Source of the DNA: Macrostomum lignano
Taxonomy: Eukaryota
Length of the DNA stretch: 64,000 nt
NCBI GenBank assembly: GCA_002269645.1
Contig: NIVC01000551.1
Location: 310,001 to 374,000 of the forward strand
Direction of reading: 5' to 3'
The translations under genes were made by a program, and so were the position numbers. Below the pieces are notes generated by a model. The model did not search any database and was not told the origin of the DNA. It worked only from the letters and a program-made list of their open reading frames with translations. Positions 28,685 to 40,900 of the stretch are shown in pieces; position 1 is the stretch's first letter; each line of letters starts with the position of its first letter.

Positions 28685-29325
28685 AGAACTATAACTATTT
28701 ATAAGAACTATAACTATTTATGAGAACTATAACTATTTATGAAAACTATAACTATTTATGAGAACTATAACTATTTATGAGAACTATAACTATTTATTTA
28801 TGAGAACTATAACTATTTATGAAAACTATAACTATTTATGAAAACTATAACTATTTATGAAAACTATAACTATTTATGAGAACTATAACTATTTATGAAA
28901 ACTATAACTTTTTATGAGAACTATAACTATTTATGAAAACTATAACTATTTATGAGAACTATAACTATTTATGAAAACTATAACTATTTATGAGAACTAT
29001 AACTATTTATGAAAACTATAACTATTTATGAGAACTATAACTATTTATGAAAACTACAACTATTTATGAAAACTATAACTATTTATGAGAACTATAACTA
29101 TTTATTTATGAGAACTATAACTATTTATGAAAACTATAACTATTTATGAGAACTATAACTATTTATGAGAACTAAAACTATTTATGAGAACTATAACTAT
29201 TTATGAGAACTATAACTATTTATGAGAACTATAACTATTTATGAGAACTATAACTATTTATGAGAACTATAACTATTTATGAGAACAAAAACTATTTATG
29301 AGAACTATAACTATTTATGAGAACA
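28685..29325. repeat. 19-bp AT-rich minisatellite
   Basis: gagaactataactatttat units. Confidence 0.95.
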
Positions 29326-29714
29326 AACATTTTAGAAAATAAAAATATCAGAAAAAAATATTGGATAAACTTGAAGTCCCATGTGCCTTAGCCTTTTAAT
29401 GCAGGTGATATTTATAAATTTCATTGCTCTGGCAAATAGAGTATTTTGTATATCAGAAAAACTAAGCAACACTTGTACACTAGAGTCAAGGAGCACTAAA
29501 CCAAAAGATCTGCTATATAAAAGCACCTTCTCACATGCAACTCATGCTGTAACAACAAACCTATTGATTTATTTAAGATTATCAATTCCTGCTGCCATGA
29601 CGGCATGAGCACACTTTGAACATCTTAAAGGCTATGTACATCAAAGATGAGAACTTGAGTCTAAACTGCTAGCTAGCTATGGGAGGTGCCAGCTACCAAC
29701 TCAGCCATGCTTGG

Positions 29715-29870
29715 GCGCAACATTGGGATTCACCTGGCCGTTTCTATTGGCAACACACGCATGTAAGTCGCTATTGGCTGAGAGCAGTCACGTGACTATT
29801 GTTCTGTCCAATAGCGACTTACATGCGTGTGTTGCCAATAGAAACGGCCGAGTGAATCCCAAAGTTGCGC
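29715..29870. mobile_element. 156-bp palindromic MITE-like element
   Basis: 63-bp inverted arms (29715-29777 / 29808-29870, 3 mismatches) around a central AGTCACGTGACT palindrome. Confidence 0.75.
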
Positions 29871-30616
29871 ATGTATGAACTCAGCATGTTTTAGCTTAGA
29901 GTATATGCTATTGATTGCACTGTTTGTTAGATTTTTTATTAAAAACTATGAATATTTAATTTATATTGTTTATTCAACTAATTATAGGTATATTTATTTA
30001 CACTGTTTATTCAACTTTCTATTTCATTACTGCCTTGACAATGACCTACAAGGGTCAAAATGCATTAAACATTAAATAAAAGAAAATCAAAACAAATTAT
30101 TGTTTGTTCTCTCATTCATTCTATTCCTATTTATTAAGTGAACTGCTCTATTATAACTATTTAATAGATAATAAATATACTTTAGTAGAAAATATTTGAT
30201 ATTGGAAAAATATGAATCAAGCACATTATATGAAATTAAACAAAATGACTATATCCATTAAATCAAGTCAACATATATTATAAAAGCTATGAAATAGCTA
30301 GGGCCTAGTTCTAAAATTATGCCTTAACTTGATAGTATTAGGCCAGCATAAATAGGCCTACTACTATTAAATAACAATACATCATATGATAGAGATCTAT
30401 GGCTATAATTGCTATATGATTATTATGATTTTGATATAATATAGCATATCATATCAATCCTATATACTTAAAATGTAATAGCTAAAAATATGAATAGATG
30501 TTAGATCACAACAATAATGTTATAACTTTGAATATAAATTGAATAAAATGAATACTTTTAATAAAACTTTGAATAAAATTTTAATATTCAATTAAATATG
30601 AATATGACATTGCATG

Positions 30617-31186
30617 CAGGGGCTGATTTTGGGGGAGAGGACTCGACAAAACTAGCTTGACAAAACATATTGTGCCCCCCAAAAAAACTAAAATTTTGCT
30701 CCTTAAACTTCATTTTTCGCCCCTGGATACCTTTTCTTGCCCCTGGCCTAAGCTTGATTTTTTGCCCCCTGCATGCATTAATGCATTTTTGTGGGTAATG
30801 GCTAGAGTTCCGGCACTGGAACCTGTTTTCTAATGGCTATGGGTCTGGCAGTCTTCTGCAGGCAGTTATGTAGGCCTACTAATGAAGTCTTTGAAAATTA
30901 GAAGTATCTTGTTTTGAATCTCATCATTTCGTTTTGATCTTATCTTGAACAAATCCCAATATCAACCACCCATTAAAAAGTAAAATGTTTCTGCTATATT
31001 ATACCCATAAATTGCACTACTGGAATACCACTGCCAGATCCATAGCTGTTAGAAATGGGTTCCAGTGCCGGAACTCTAGCCATTGCCATTTTTGCGCCGC
31101 TAGCTTAAAAATTGGCGCCCCTTATACTCGTGTTGGCGCCCCAAACTTGGACCGCCCCCCAAAATGAAACTCTAGATCCGCGACTG
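30617..31186. mobile_element. Non-autonomous hAT-type element (570 bp) with 8-bp TSD, containing a second ~55-bp inverted-repeat pair
   Basis: TSD ATTGCATG at 30609-30616 and 31187-31194; imperfect TIRs CAGGGGCTGATTT / CAGTCGCGGATCT; internal inverted arms ~30797-30853 and ~31030-31084. Confidence 0.8.
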
Positions 31187-32669
31187 ATTGCATGTGTATA
31201 GGAAGTAGGGCAGTAGGCCCATGTGATGTGTGTGTGCTGTGCTGTTTGCATGCATGGTGTGGCACACTGCACAGTACCTTTCAATCTTTTTTCACACTAT
31301 TCCTCAATTAACTCGATTTAGTATATGGATTTTAGTTTTTTGATAAACAAAATTCTGCAGAAAAAAATTTAAAAGAACAGCTATTTTACTTCGAAATGTA
31401 GCTAAATGAAAATCTAAAATTTAACATGTCGTCACACGTCAAGCCTACATAGGACTACAAGTATAGTAGCCAATATAAAGTCTGGCAAAACAGTAAGCAG
31501 TCAACAAAAAAAACAAAATTTGGTTGTTTCGCACACAAAAAATGGCACAGCAAAGGCAATAACTAACGATCATGGACGGACGGTCAAGAATAAAGAAAGA
31601 ATTTCGATCGAAAATTTATTTCCACCTAAGTTGAAATCAGAATACTTGCTTTACAATATGATGTCTAACTTTAAACAACTGCAATTTATTAATACTTTAA
31701 ATTAATAATTATTTAAATGTTTATTTGTGTTTTGTTACGAACCTGTCATTTGTTTCTAACAATAAAATTTTGTTGAAACTTTTACTTTCAAAGTAGCACC
31801 GTTAAAAACACTCGAAAATACTTCTTGTGTTTTTTTGTCGATGGAATCAATTCAGAATTCAATGCTATTTATTCGTATTGATTGCATGCATCTAATTGTC
31901 ACCATAAAAAGTCTATGGGACTACTTGATTGCCGAAGTACTTTAATACGAGTACTTACGCAACTGTGTTCCGGCCAAACTAAAGAATTGATTTGATTGAT
32001 TGCGAAAAGGAAATGCTTGATTGCGAATTAGCAACGATTTTGTCAGTGCTGCCGGAAGGTTTGATTTTAATTGTACCTTACCTTACAATCAAATTTACAG
32101 AATATACATGTACCGGTACATCTACCCATGTTTATGACTTTTAGACTATAGACTGAAGCCTCGTCGATGATATGTTTTCCTTATATTAGTGAATAAATTC
32201 CCACGCAAACCAGTGACAGATAAACAAGCCTGATAAAAGTATCAAAAATTTCTATCTTTAGAGGTACACAGCCTCTGAAACTCTTTTCTCAACGATGTAA
32301 TCCTACACAAACTATCGAAACTTACGATTGTCTCTCAGCTGCTCAAAAATAGATACGCATTTCTTAATTGTAATTTAATCCAATTGCACGCTAAGAACGA
32401 ATTTTCAGTCCTATGTGACGCCGCATAACCCCCATTCCCTTTACTTTTGTGACGATGTCATTTTCTTTCATACTTCTTTCCTATTTTGCGTCGTACGTGT
32501 AAAGCATATATCATCTCCTTCTACATGTACATTGCACTTAAATTTAACCTTCTTATTTAATTTATTAGCGTTGATGTATTTTTGTTATACTTTTTGTTAT
32601 TTGTTAGAAATAGTTAGCAGTATATAAAACGAATTCAAATCTAGCTCGTATTTACTCTCACTCTTCTCC

Positions 32670-33990
32670 AACGAATGGACCACGGCGCACATCGTCGCAG
32701 TTCTTAAGAAGTTGGGCACCACTGCCTTCAGTCCTAGCTGCGCTCAACCGGATGCTGTTATCGCGGTTGCAGCCCGTGCTGGATCCGTACCTGCGTCCTG
32801 AGCAGAATGACTTCCGGTCCCATCGTGGCACATTGACGCAGATCCTGGCTTTCGGCGAGTCATCGAGGAAGCGCGGATACGCCAGTCGATCCTGATTGTT
32901 ATCTTTAACTATAGATTTCAAGAAGGCATTCGACTCGGTCGTCCGGTCTGTGCTCCCAAAAGTGCTCCGTGCGTACAACGTGCCAGAGCAGCTGATTTCC
33001 GCTATCATGGTGATTTACCGTGATACGAAACTGCTGTTTCAACACCGGACAACCTATCGGACTTCTTTGAGACATCCTCCGGGGTGCTTCAGAGAGATAC
33101 ACTTGCGCCGTTCCTGTTCGCCTGTTCGTTCTGGTGCTTGACTGGGTGCTGCGGACCGCTCTTACTACCAACGTCGACGGCTTTCTGTTGCGGCGACGCT
33201 TGGGTCGACGTCAACCGGAGAGGCGGCCCAGCGTGCTTGGCTACGCCGACAATCTCGCCCTGCTGTCCTCAACGGTCGAGGGCGCCCAGCGACAACTGGA
33301 CAAGCTAGTTGTTGTTGCGACGAGTGTCGACCTTGTGGTCAACGAAGACCGTCGTGCTCTGCGTGCCGGACGCCATCGAAGCTGCGATTTTGTGCCGAGG
33401 CGCTGATGGACAGGCGACAGCTTCCACGTTGTCAGCAGTTCGTCTACCTCGGCGGTCTGGTTCCCGGCGTCAGCGAGGATTTTCGGCGTCGCCGTGGGCT
33501 TGCCTGGGCTGCCTTTCGTTCTTTGAGGGCGGTCCTGCAGTCCGAGGCCCTACCTGACCGCCAGAGGGCGGCGTTGTTCCAGGCGGTGATCTAGACCGTC
33601 CTGCTGTACAGCGCCGAGACCTGGACGCTGACAGCAAGCTGACGCGGCGCACGCTGGCCTGCTGCGCGCCGCTTTCAAGATCGGCTACGAGCGAGTGACC
33701 AACGTGGCTTTGTGTCGCCGCGCCGGCCTGCTCCGTCCAAGCGACCTGCTGCGCCGTCGGCGACTCCAACTGGCAGGCCACATCATCCGAGCCGAGACGT
33801 ACTGCCCAGAGCCGGTGCAGGAGGTGTTGCTGCTAACGCTGCAGGCACCCTACCGGCGGGGACAGGCGCGCACTCGGCGTTTCGTCGACTGCCTGCGGGC
33901 TGACGCGGGCGCCCCGGATTCGGCCGGCGGCGTGGCGTTCATCCGCGACCTGGCCTTGAAGCGCGCCCTGTGACGCTAAATGCGCATTCT

Positions 33991-34048
<58 letters not shown>
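32670..34048 (+). mobile_element. Decayed, 5'-truncated RTE-like non-LTR retrotransposon with (TTG)n tail
   Basis: Frameshifted RT motifs IDFKKAFDSV, LQRDTLAPFLF, GYADNLALL, FVYLGG; RRRRLQLAGHIIR C-terminus; (TTG)n 33990-34048. Confidence 0.88.
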
Positions 34049-34049
<1 letters not shown>

Positions 34050-34253
34050 CCCCCCTTATATGCAAGTCCAGCCATGGCAAAGGGGGGCGGCTGCCACTGC
34101 ATCCACCACTAAGTAAAAATAATAAACTGGCTAACATATACCTAATAAGTTATAAGATGAATAAAATCTGAGAGTACACACAATACCGAATACAATTAGC
34201 AAATAACTATAAACTATTATTTAGATTTACCAAAGCTATCTCTTAATTGTCAG

Positions 34254-35118
34254 TGTAGTGCATGCGCCCTTGTCAGTTGGCAGGGCGCGTTGCACTTTGG
34301 GGCTGGTTGGGGGGGTTGGCGGGCGTGGCAGGGTTTGGCCGCCGGCCGGGCTTTGCGCGTGCCCCTCCCCAGCCGTGCCCCTGCCCCGTGCTCAGGGCTG
34401 GTTGGCTGCGGCCGGGCCAGCTTTGGCGCGGGTGCAGCCCCTCCCCCCTTAGGCGGGGTTTTGATTGGCTGGGCCGGCGTGGTTTGTTTTGGTGAGCTTA
34501 GCCGGTGGGGCCGTCTGCCCCAGGGTTTGGGTGCTATTTATGGTGCGACTCTGGCTCTTGCCCGCCACCTGCGTGCTTTTTGTGTTTTGGTGTGCTCCGA
34601 GAGTGCAAGCGCGAGACCTGATAAAAGAAACAGCAACATTAGCTACTTCGATAAAAGAAAGACAATAGCCTAATTGAGAAGAGTCTTGGAGAATTAAGAA
34701 GAAGTCGGAAACTGCGCTTGAGACCTGTGAATAATAAACGGTGAACAGTCATCTGGCCACTGGTAAGCCGCCTGCTGTTTGAGTCCTTTCTTTTCGGGAA
34801 GCTTGCTAGGCCGAATTCTTGCCAGAGCGTCATAACGCCGGGAGACCATATAGCTTCTGTAGTACGGTACCGTTTACCATATATTGCGTACGCCCTACGG
34901 TATAGAGAATAGAAGCACTCGAGAGTGTCACCACACCTCGAGCCGCAGCGTGAACTCTGAGTGTCACAACACCAGAGGGATCAAATTATTATCGCAGAGC
35001 GTCGCCACGCCTGCTCGTCGTATTCATAAAAGTACAGACAGAGCGTCACAACGCCTGTTATATCACATATAATATATATTGTACTCGGGACTGGGCACCC
35101 AAGCCGACCCGGGTTACA
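34254..35118 (+). repeat. Element A 5' LTR
   Basis: tgtagtgcatgc...gggttaca; ORF-track translations identical to those of the 3' copy. Confidence 0.95.
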
Positions 35119-35124
35119 ACAAAT

Positions 35125-35142
35125 TGGCGCCCGAACAGGGAC
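35125..35142 (+). promoter_or_regulatory. Primer-binding site complementary to tRNA-Lys(UUU)
   Basis: TGGCGCCCGAACAGGGAC, the same 18-mer as the lentiviral tRNA-Lys3 PBS, 6 nt after the LTR. Confidence 0.9.
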
Positions 35143-35366
35143 CCTGTCCCCAAAGATTGAAAGTCGGCTCAGTTGCTTTCTATGAAAATTGCTGTCATAT
35201 TGTGAGCGTTTTTTCTTATTAAAACGACTGTTGCTTATCGCTTGCGGCTATTGCCCTACCGCAAAAGACATTGATCACGGTGACAGACAACTGATTGGTT
35301 ATCAGAGATCGATAGCTATCACCACCTCAGAGTAAAGAGTAGCAACGGTATTCAGTGACTTCGGCC

Positions 35367-36287
35367 ATGGGTGATCAAGCTATGGACCAACTGATCGATG
35401 CGCTGGCTGCGCGCCTCAGAGCCAACGCCGACCGAGCAGCGCCACGACTCTCGAAGCCGCCCAAGTACATACCAACGATGAATTTCAGCCTATGGCTGCA
35501 GAGTTTCAACGAGTACTGCGAGGCTGTCGGTATAGAAGAAGAAGCCAGGCGGCCGCACCTGATCGGCCTACTCGACCTCACAACAGCCTACGCTGCCGTT
35601 GATAAGCTGGACTTGGCAGACGACATCGAGTACGGGGAATTCACGGATGCACTACTGGCGCGGTTCACCATGAACAGAACAGCCCAGGACTACCGTTTTG
35701 AATTATCGAATCGAGATCAGCTAGACAAGGAGTCTGTGGAGACCTACGGGGACGAGCTGCTGGAGTTGGTGCGCAATGCCTTCCCCACCGCGGATGCCGA
35801 CACCAGGACAGAGCTGGCGAAAGACAGATTTCTAAAAGGCGTTCGAGTAACCGACACTGTCCGAGAAAGACTGTACCTGCAGCAGCCGGCCAACCTCACC
35901 GATGCCATTCGAACAGTAAGAAAACTTGAAGCAGCCCAGAAGGCGTCTTCGACCCAGTCCAAAGCCAGACCCAGGGCTGGGCTGAATGCCTTTGCCACCG
36001 AAACGTCGACAGGTGACGCCGGCAAAGACGAGGAGCTACGCCAACTGCGTCAAAAAGTAAAGGAAATGGAAGAAAAGATCCTACGGATGGAGCAGATGCA
36101 GCAGGGCCAGCAGGAGCCGCCCGAACCCGGCCTTCAAGACAAGCAACAATCCAAGCAGGCGGCTCCGTCCAGCTCGAAGCAGCGTAGCGGTGTCAAGTGC
36201 TACAACTGCGGGGAGATAGGCCATCTCTCATTCCAGTGCCCAAAGCCGGGAAAAGGCAAGAGGGGCCCACCAGCTGGAGGCAAGTGA
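35367..36287 (+). CDS. gag: Element A Gag
   Basis: Capsid-like helical region, coiled coil, CCHC knuckle CYNCGEIGHLSFQC. Confidence 0.9.
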   Translation: MGDQAMDQLIDALAARLRANADRAAPRLSKPPKYIPTMNFSLWLQSFNEYCEAVGIEEEARRPHLIGLLDLTTAYAAVDKLDLADDIEYGEFTDALLARFTMNRTAQDYRFELSNRDQLDKESVETYGDELLELVRNAFPTADADTRTELAKDRFLKGVRVTDTVRERLYLQQPANLTDAIRTVRKLEAAQKASSTQSKARPRAGLNAFATETSTGDAGKDEELRQLRQKVKEMEEKILRMEQMQQGQQEPPEPGLQDKQQSKQAAPSSSKQRSGVKCYNCGEIGHLSFQCPKPGKGKRGPPAGGK

Positions 36288-36417
36288 GCCCCTGCAATTC
36301 GTCAGCCTCCGAACAAGCCGTCATCTCATCTCATCATCATCAAACGCCCGGTACCGCATCTCATCAGCATCCAGTGTCCGGTACTGCGGCTCATCAGCAT
36401 CCAGTGTCCGGTACTGC

Positions 36418-37453
36418 TGATGTGTTCCTTATTACCCGACTTCGGTAATCAAAGAACAATCACTTCTAGCTCTTTAGCTAGGCAACCCAGTAATTCAAAC
36501 GAAAGTATTCAATTACCTTGACTTCTTATGAGATATCTCTCCTTTTAGTCCTTCGTAGATCTCGTGTAGATCTCGATCTGTAGTTCAGGCCTGAATTCGA
36601 CTCGACTTGTAGTCCTGGTCCGAGTTTCTCTTTCTTCTTTTGCCGGCCGGTATCTGTCGTTCGGACCAATAAGAAGCTTCCAAATTAACAATGGGTACCC
36701 TGCGCCAAACTGCGGTTTAATATAAGCCTACTCCTTCTAGCAGTGCCTCTATGCACTCTAGGTATAGCTCCGGAAACCACTGATAGTCTTCTAAGATCTA
36801 TCAGGGGCAGTCCTTCTGGAGACTGCAACCAGTAGAGTCTAAACAGACTCAGGAGTCTCAACAGACTCAAACTAAACTCCAACGAGACGTCTCAAAACAC
36901 AGGCGCAAATGAGTAAGGCTTACCGCAAGAACTCGACGAGTCTTCAGTAGGAAGTCCTGTAGTGGCTTCCTCTTCGGAGCTCTTCTCCTTCCGGAGGAAT
37001 TGTGGCTCCGGGTCCGTTCCGGACCACTTGTATTTATAGGCGTTCAGACCTCTCTCGAGGTCGTACATCACTGTCTTCGCAAATGTCAAAGGGTCACGAT
37101 TCGGTGGCTGTCAAGCATGACAGGGTAGAAAGTTGCGCAACTAGTCTACTGTAAAAGCGCATGATTGGTTACCGTAGCTGGTAGACTTTGATTGGTTCAT
37201 CCGGGTGCAACCCGAGTGCAAACAAAATGATGACTTGAAGGTGGGGTTTGAATTGACAGTTGTTGGTCGCACGTGATTGGGTGATTTCTAAAATTAGCAT
37301 GCTCGAGGTCTCTCTCTTCCTATTGGTTAGTCCGAATATACTTATAGTTCAAAGCATACCTTTATTCATGCTCTTCAATTTACTACTAAATAAAATGTGT
37401 GAGTAGTACATTAACACTTTTATGTCTTCTTACGGGAGGTAGAACACTCTACA
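36418..37453 (-). repeat. Element B 3' LTR
   Basis: Direct repeat of 46012-47047; TATAAATA on the minus strand at 37031-37038. Confidence 0.95.
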
Positions 37454-37674
37454 AAATCTCCCATGTTTACAAAAAACTCGTCCCGAGTTTTAAATTATAG
37501 AGGATTGAAACGCATAAAAAGTGCAAGCATGTCTTTATAATAATCATTTGTCACAAGTGTTACAGGTATTTAGTAATGGGTAGTTAAGAGCGTTGGTTAT
37601 AAAAGTTATTTAAAGGTAAGTATACGCATGCAAATAAAATGTTTTTGGTTACAGTATTGACATGTGCGCCAAGA

Positions 37675-37887
37675 CTAACAATAGGCGCACTGCCGCAAAC
37701 TACTTCTACCTATCGGGCAATTCTGCCAGAGCTGAATATAATGTGAGTCGCTTAAATATTGTCCGCATATGCGATGTCTGTTTTCACAAATAATTGGTGG
37801 CTTGACAGCCAAGTCATCAGTTAAACATATTGGGCATTCGTAGAGTTGCTGTAGTTGGGGCGCCTGTTTGGACAGTGCGTTGCCCAT
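37675..37887 (-). CDS. Small accessory ORF of element B: N-myristoylation motif plus variant RING finger (70 aa)
   Basis: MGNALS (MGxxxS), strong Kozak context acaATGG; CPIC-x12-CxNxHxxCxxY...CPIGR...CAYC. Confidence 0.6.
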   Translation of the reverse strand: MGNALSKQAPQLQQLYECPICLTDDLAVKPPIICENRHRICGQYLSDSHYIQLWQNCPIGRSSLRQCAYC

Positions 37888-37998
37888 TGTCGTCGTCGCT
37901 TGAAGTTTGAAGTCGCTCAGATTAGTCGCCTCTTACGACAAGCTTGCGAAGCTGTAGAGCTATTCTGACCCGGTCTCTACACGGGTTGTTTTCGCAAC

Positions 37999-40900
37999 TT
38001 AACGAGGTCGCAGATTGTAGCCGTGTTGCTGTTTCTCGGTTGATGTTTGTGTCTCCTCGTGTTTTGTTGCGATGTGGCGGTTCGCCGAACGCGTGCGATC
38101 AGCGTTGTCTAGTGACGGTAAAAACGTTGTCGTGTCAGTGTTGATCTTCTTTAGTCGATGAATGTGCACGTAGAATTGGTGCTGATGAGGATCTTGCACA
38201 TTGGCCAGGCGTGCCGTTGTCGGTGACGTTAGTTGGACCACTCGATATGGTCCTTTGTACTTCTGTGCGTGTTTGTGCGTCTGTTGCGGCGGATAGTGCA
38301 GGTAGACGATGTCGCCGGCTGTCAGAGTTGTCGATCTCGTGTCGGTGCCGGTGGTTAGAGCCACCTGATTGTCGATGTTGTGCTTGGCTACTTTCCATGC
38401 GAGGTGTAGTTGCGTGACGAACTTTTGAATGGACGTCGGGACTTCCACATATTGCGATGGTAGTAGTTGCTGCGCCAATAGGTTTGGCGGCTGGAAGTCT
38501 CGCCCAAACATTAGAAAGAATGGCGTATTGTCCGTTGATCGATGAATAGCGCTGTTGTAGGCCATTGTTACTGCTTGCAGATAGATGATCCAGTCGTCCG
38601 GTTGTTGATGCGCGAAGTGTGTAATCATCTCGTGTAGGTTGCGGTGAAACCTTTCAACCATGTTCGCCTTCGGATTGTAGGTCGATGTGTAGATCTGCGT
38701 GATGTTGAGGATCTTCACCACTTGCTGAAAGAGTTGAGACGTAAACTGCGATCCATTGTCCGATGTGAGGTTCTTTGGCGTACCGTACTTGCAGATGATG
38801 TCGTTGAAGAAACCCATTGCCACTGTCTGAGCTGTGATGTCCGGTATTGGTATGGCAATAGCAAACTTTGAGAAAATGTCCAAGGCTGTTAGGATGTAGG
38901 TGTAGGCTATGCCATGGAGACAGCTCGGTGGCAGCGGTCCGGTGATGTCGATGCTGAGACAGTCCATAGTTGTTGACTTTGGTATCGATTGTAGCTGTGG
39001 TTTTTGTCGTCGTCCTGTCTTCGATGCTGCGCATGAGTGGCAGTTGTTGCAATACTGCTTGATGTCGCCATGCATGCTTGGCCAAAAGTAGTATTGCTCC
39101 ACTCTTGCAATGGTTTTGGCTGCCGACAGGTGTCCAGCGAGTGGGTTGTCGTGCAGCTCGTTGAGAATTGCCTGCCTAAACGAATATGGCATGTAGATTT
39201 TAGGTTTGTTGTCACTCATCCAGTAGAGTCGTGACTTGTTGATTGTTAAATGTTGTCGCTGCTTGCGCAGGAATTTTCGTTCCACGGGGCTGAGCTTGAC
39301 GTCCTTGTCGTTGTTTTTAACTGCTATGTAGAAGTTGTCGTGTTCAGTCTCATCCACCAATTCCTTGATGTTAGGGATTGGATGAATGGCGTTGACTTCG
39401 TAGGCTCTTGACAGGGCGTCCGCGGCCTTGTTAGTAATTCCTGGTTTGTAGACGAGCTTGTAGTTGTAGTCCTGGATCTTGAGTGTCATCCTGATGAGTC
39501 GGTTGTTTGTTTGTCCTTTTGTAGTTACGACGTAGGTCAGCGGTGCATGATCTGTGCGTACTATCGTCTGTAATGGAGATCCATAGATGTAGTAGTGAAA
39601 CTGTCGTAGGGCGAACAGAACTCCTAGTAGTTCTCGTTCCGTAGCTGACCATTTTGTCTCATTCGGTTTAAGTGCTCGACTGACGTAGGCTATAGGTCGT
39701 TCCTTTTTGTCTTCAGTTTCCTGTAGTAGGACTGCTCCGAGTCCCGTTCCTGAGGCGTCTGTCTCGATGATGAAGGGTTTGTCGAAGTCCGGATGCTGTA
39801 GCAGTGCGTCTGATGTCAGCTGTCGTTTGATTTCGTCAAAACTTTCTTGTTGCTTTTGTGTCCAATTCTCCTGCTTCCATTTGTCGAACTTGAGCAGGTC
39901 GTACAGCGGCTTTGCTGTCTTCGCGAAGTTGGGTAAGAACTTTCGGAAGTATTGCGCAAGTCCAAGAAATGATTGGACCTTCGTTTTGCTAGTTGGCGTA
40001 GGAAACTTTTTCACTTTATCCACGTTGTCTGGGTCCGGTGAAATTCCTTTGGCTGTCACCTGATGTCCCAGGTAACGCACGTTGTCTTGGAAGAATTTGC
40101 ATTTAGTTGGTTGTAGCTTCAGACCTTGACGTTGTATAAGCGCGAGGGCCTTCTCCGTCGCTTCATAGAGTCGTTCGAAGTCTTCTCCGTAGGCCAAGAT
40201 GTCGTCAACATAGTGCAACAGGTTCGTGCATCCTGCAAGCATGTATGCTGTTAGTCGGCTCATCGTTGCTGGGCTGTTGCTGAGTCCCATCGGCGATCGA
40301 TTGTACTCGTATACTTGTCCATTGTAGGTTTTGAAAGCCGTGTACTGTCGTGACTCTTTCTCGATTTCAATTTGCCAAAATCCATGACGTAGATCGAACA
40401 CTGTGAACAATTTTGCCGTGTTGAGCTTTGCTAGTAGTTCGGAGATCTTCGGTAGGCTTTGCTGATCCGTCGGTATGTACTTGTTCAGTAGTCTGAAGTC
40501 ACATACGAGTCGTCTTTCGTTAGTCTCCTTCTTTTGCACCAAGAGACATGGTGATGAGTATGCTGAAATGGCTTTGCTGATGATGCCGTGTTTCAGCATT
40601 TTGTCGATAATCTCATCGAAGTGCTGTTGCAGATGCTTGGCGATCGGGTACGGTTTGCACTGAATTGGTTCCGTGTGCGGCAGAAGTTTGATTTCCTGTT
40701 TGATGTCCTTGGCTCGTCCGATGTCGTAGTCATGGTGGCAGAAAGCGTCGTTGTACTTCCACAACAGCTGTCGAACTTTCCTCTTTTGCTGTTCCGTAAT
40801 CGGGCTGTCATCCAAATTGATCTTCTTTTGAAATTCTTCCTCTGTTAGTCGTGGAGTCGCTTGCTCAATCAGCATAACCGATGCTTGGGTGTTGAGATGA

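Noticed and set aside
34258-35072. Short ORFs within the LTRs (also at 36685-37089 and the duplicate copies)
   Set aside because: Overlapping, no domains; useful only as evidence of LTR identity
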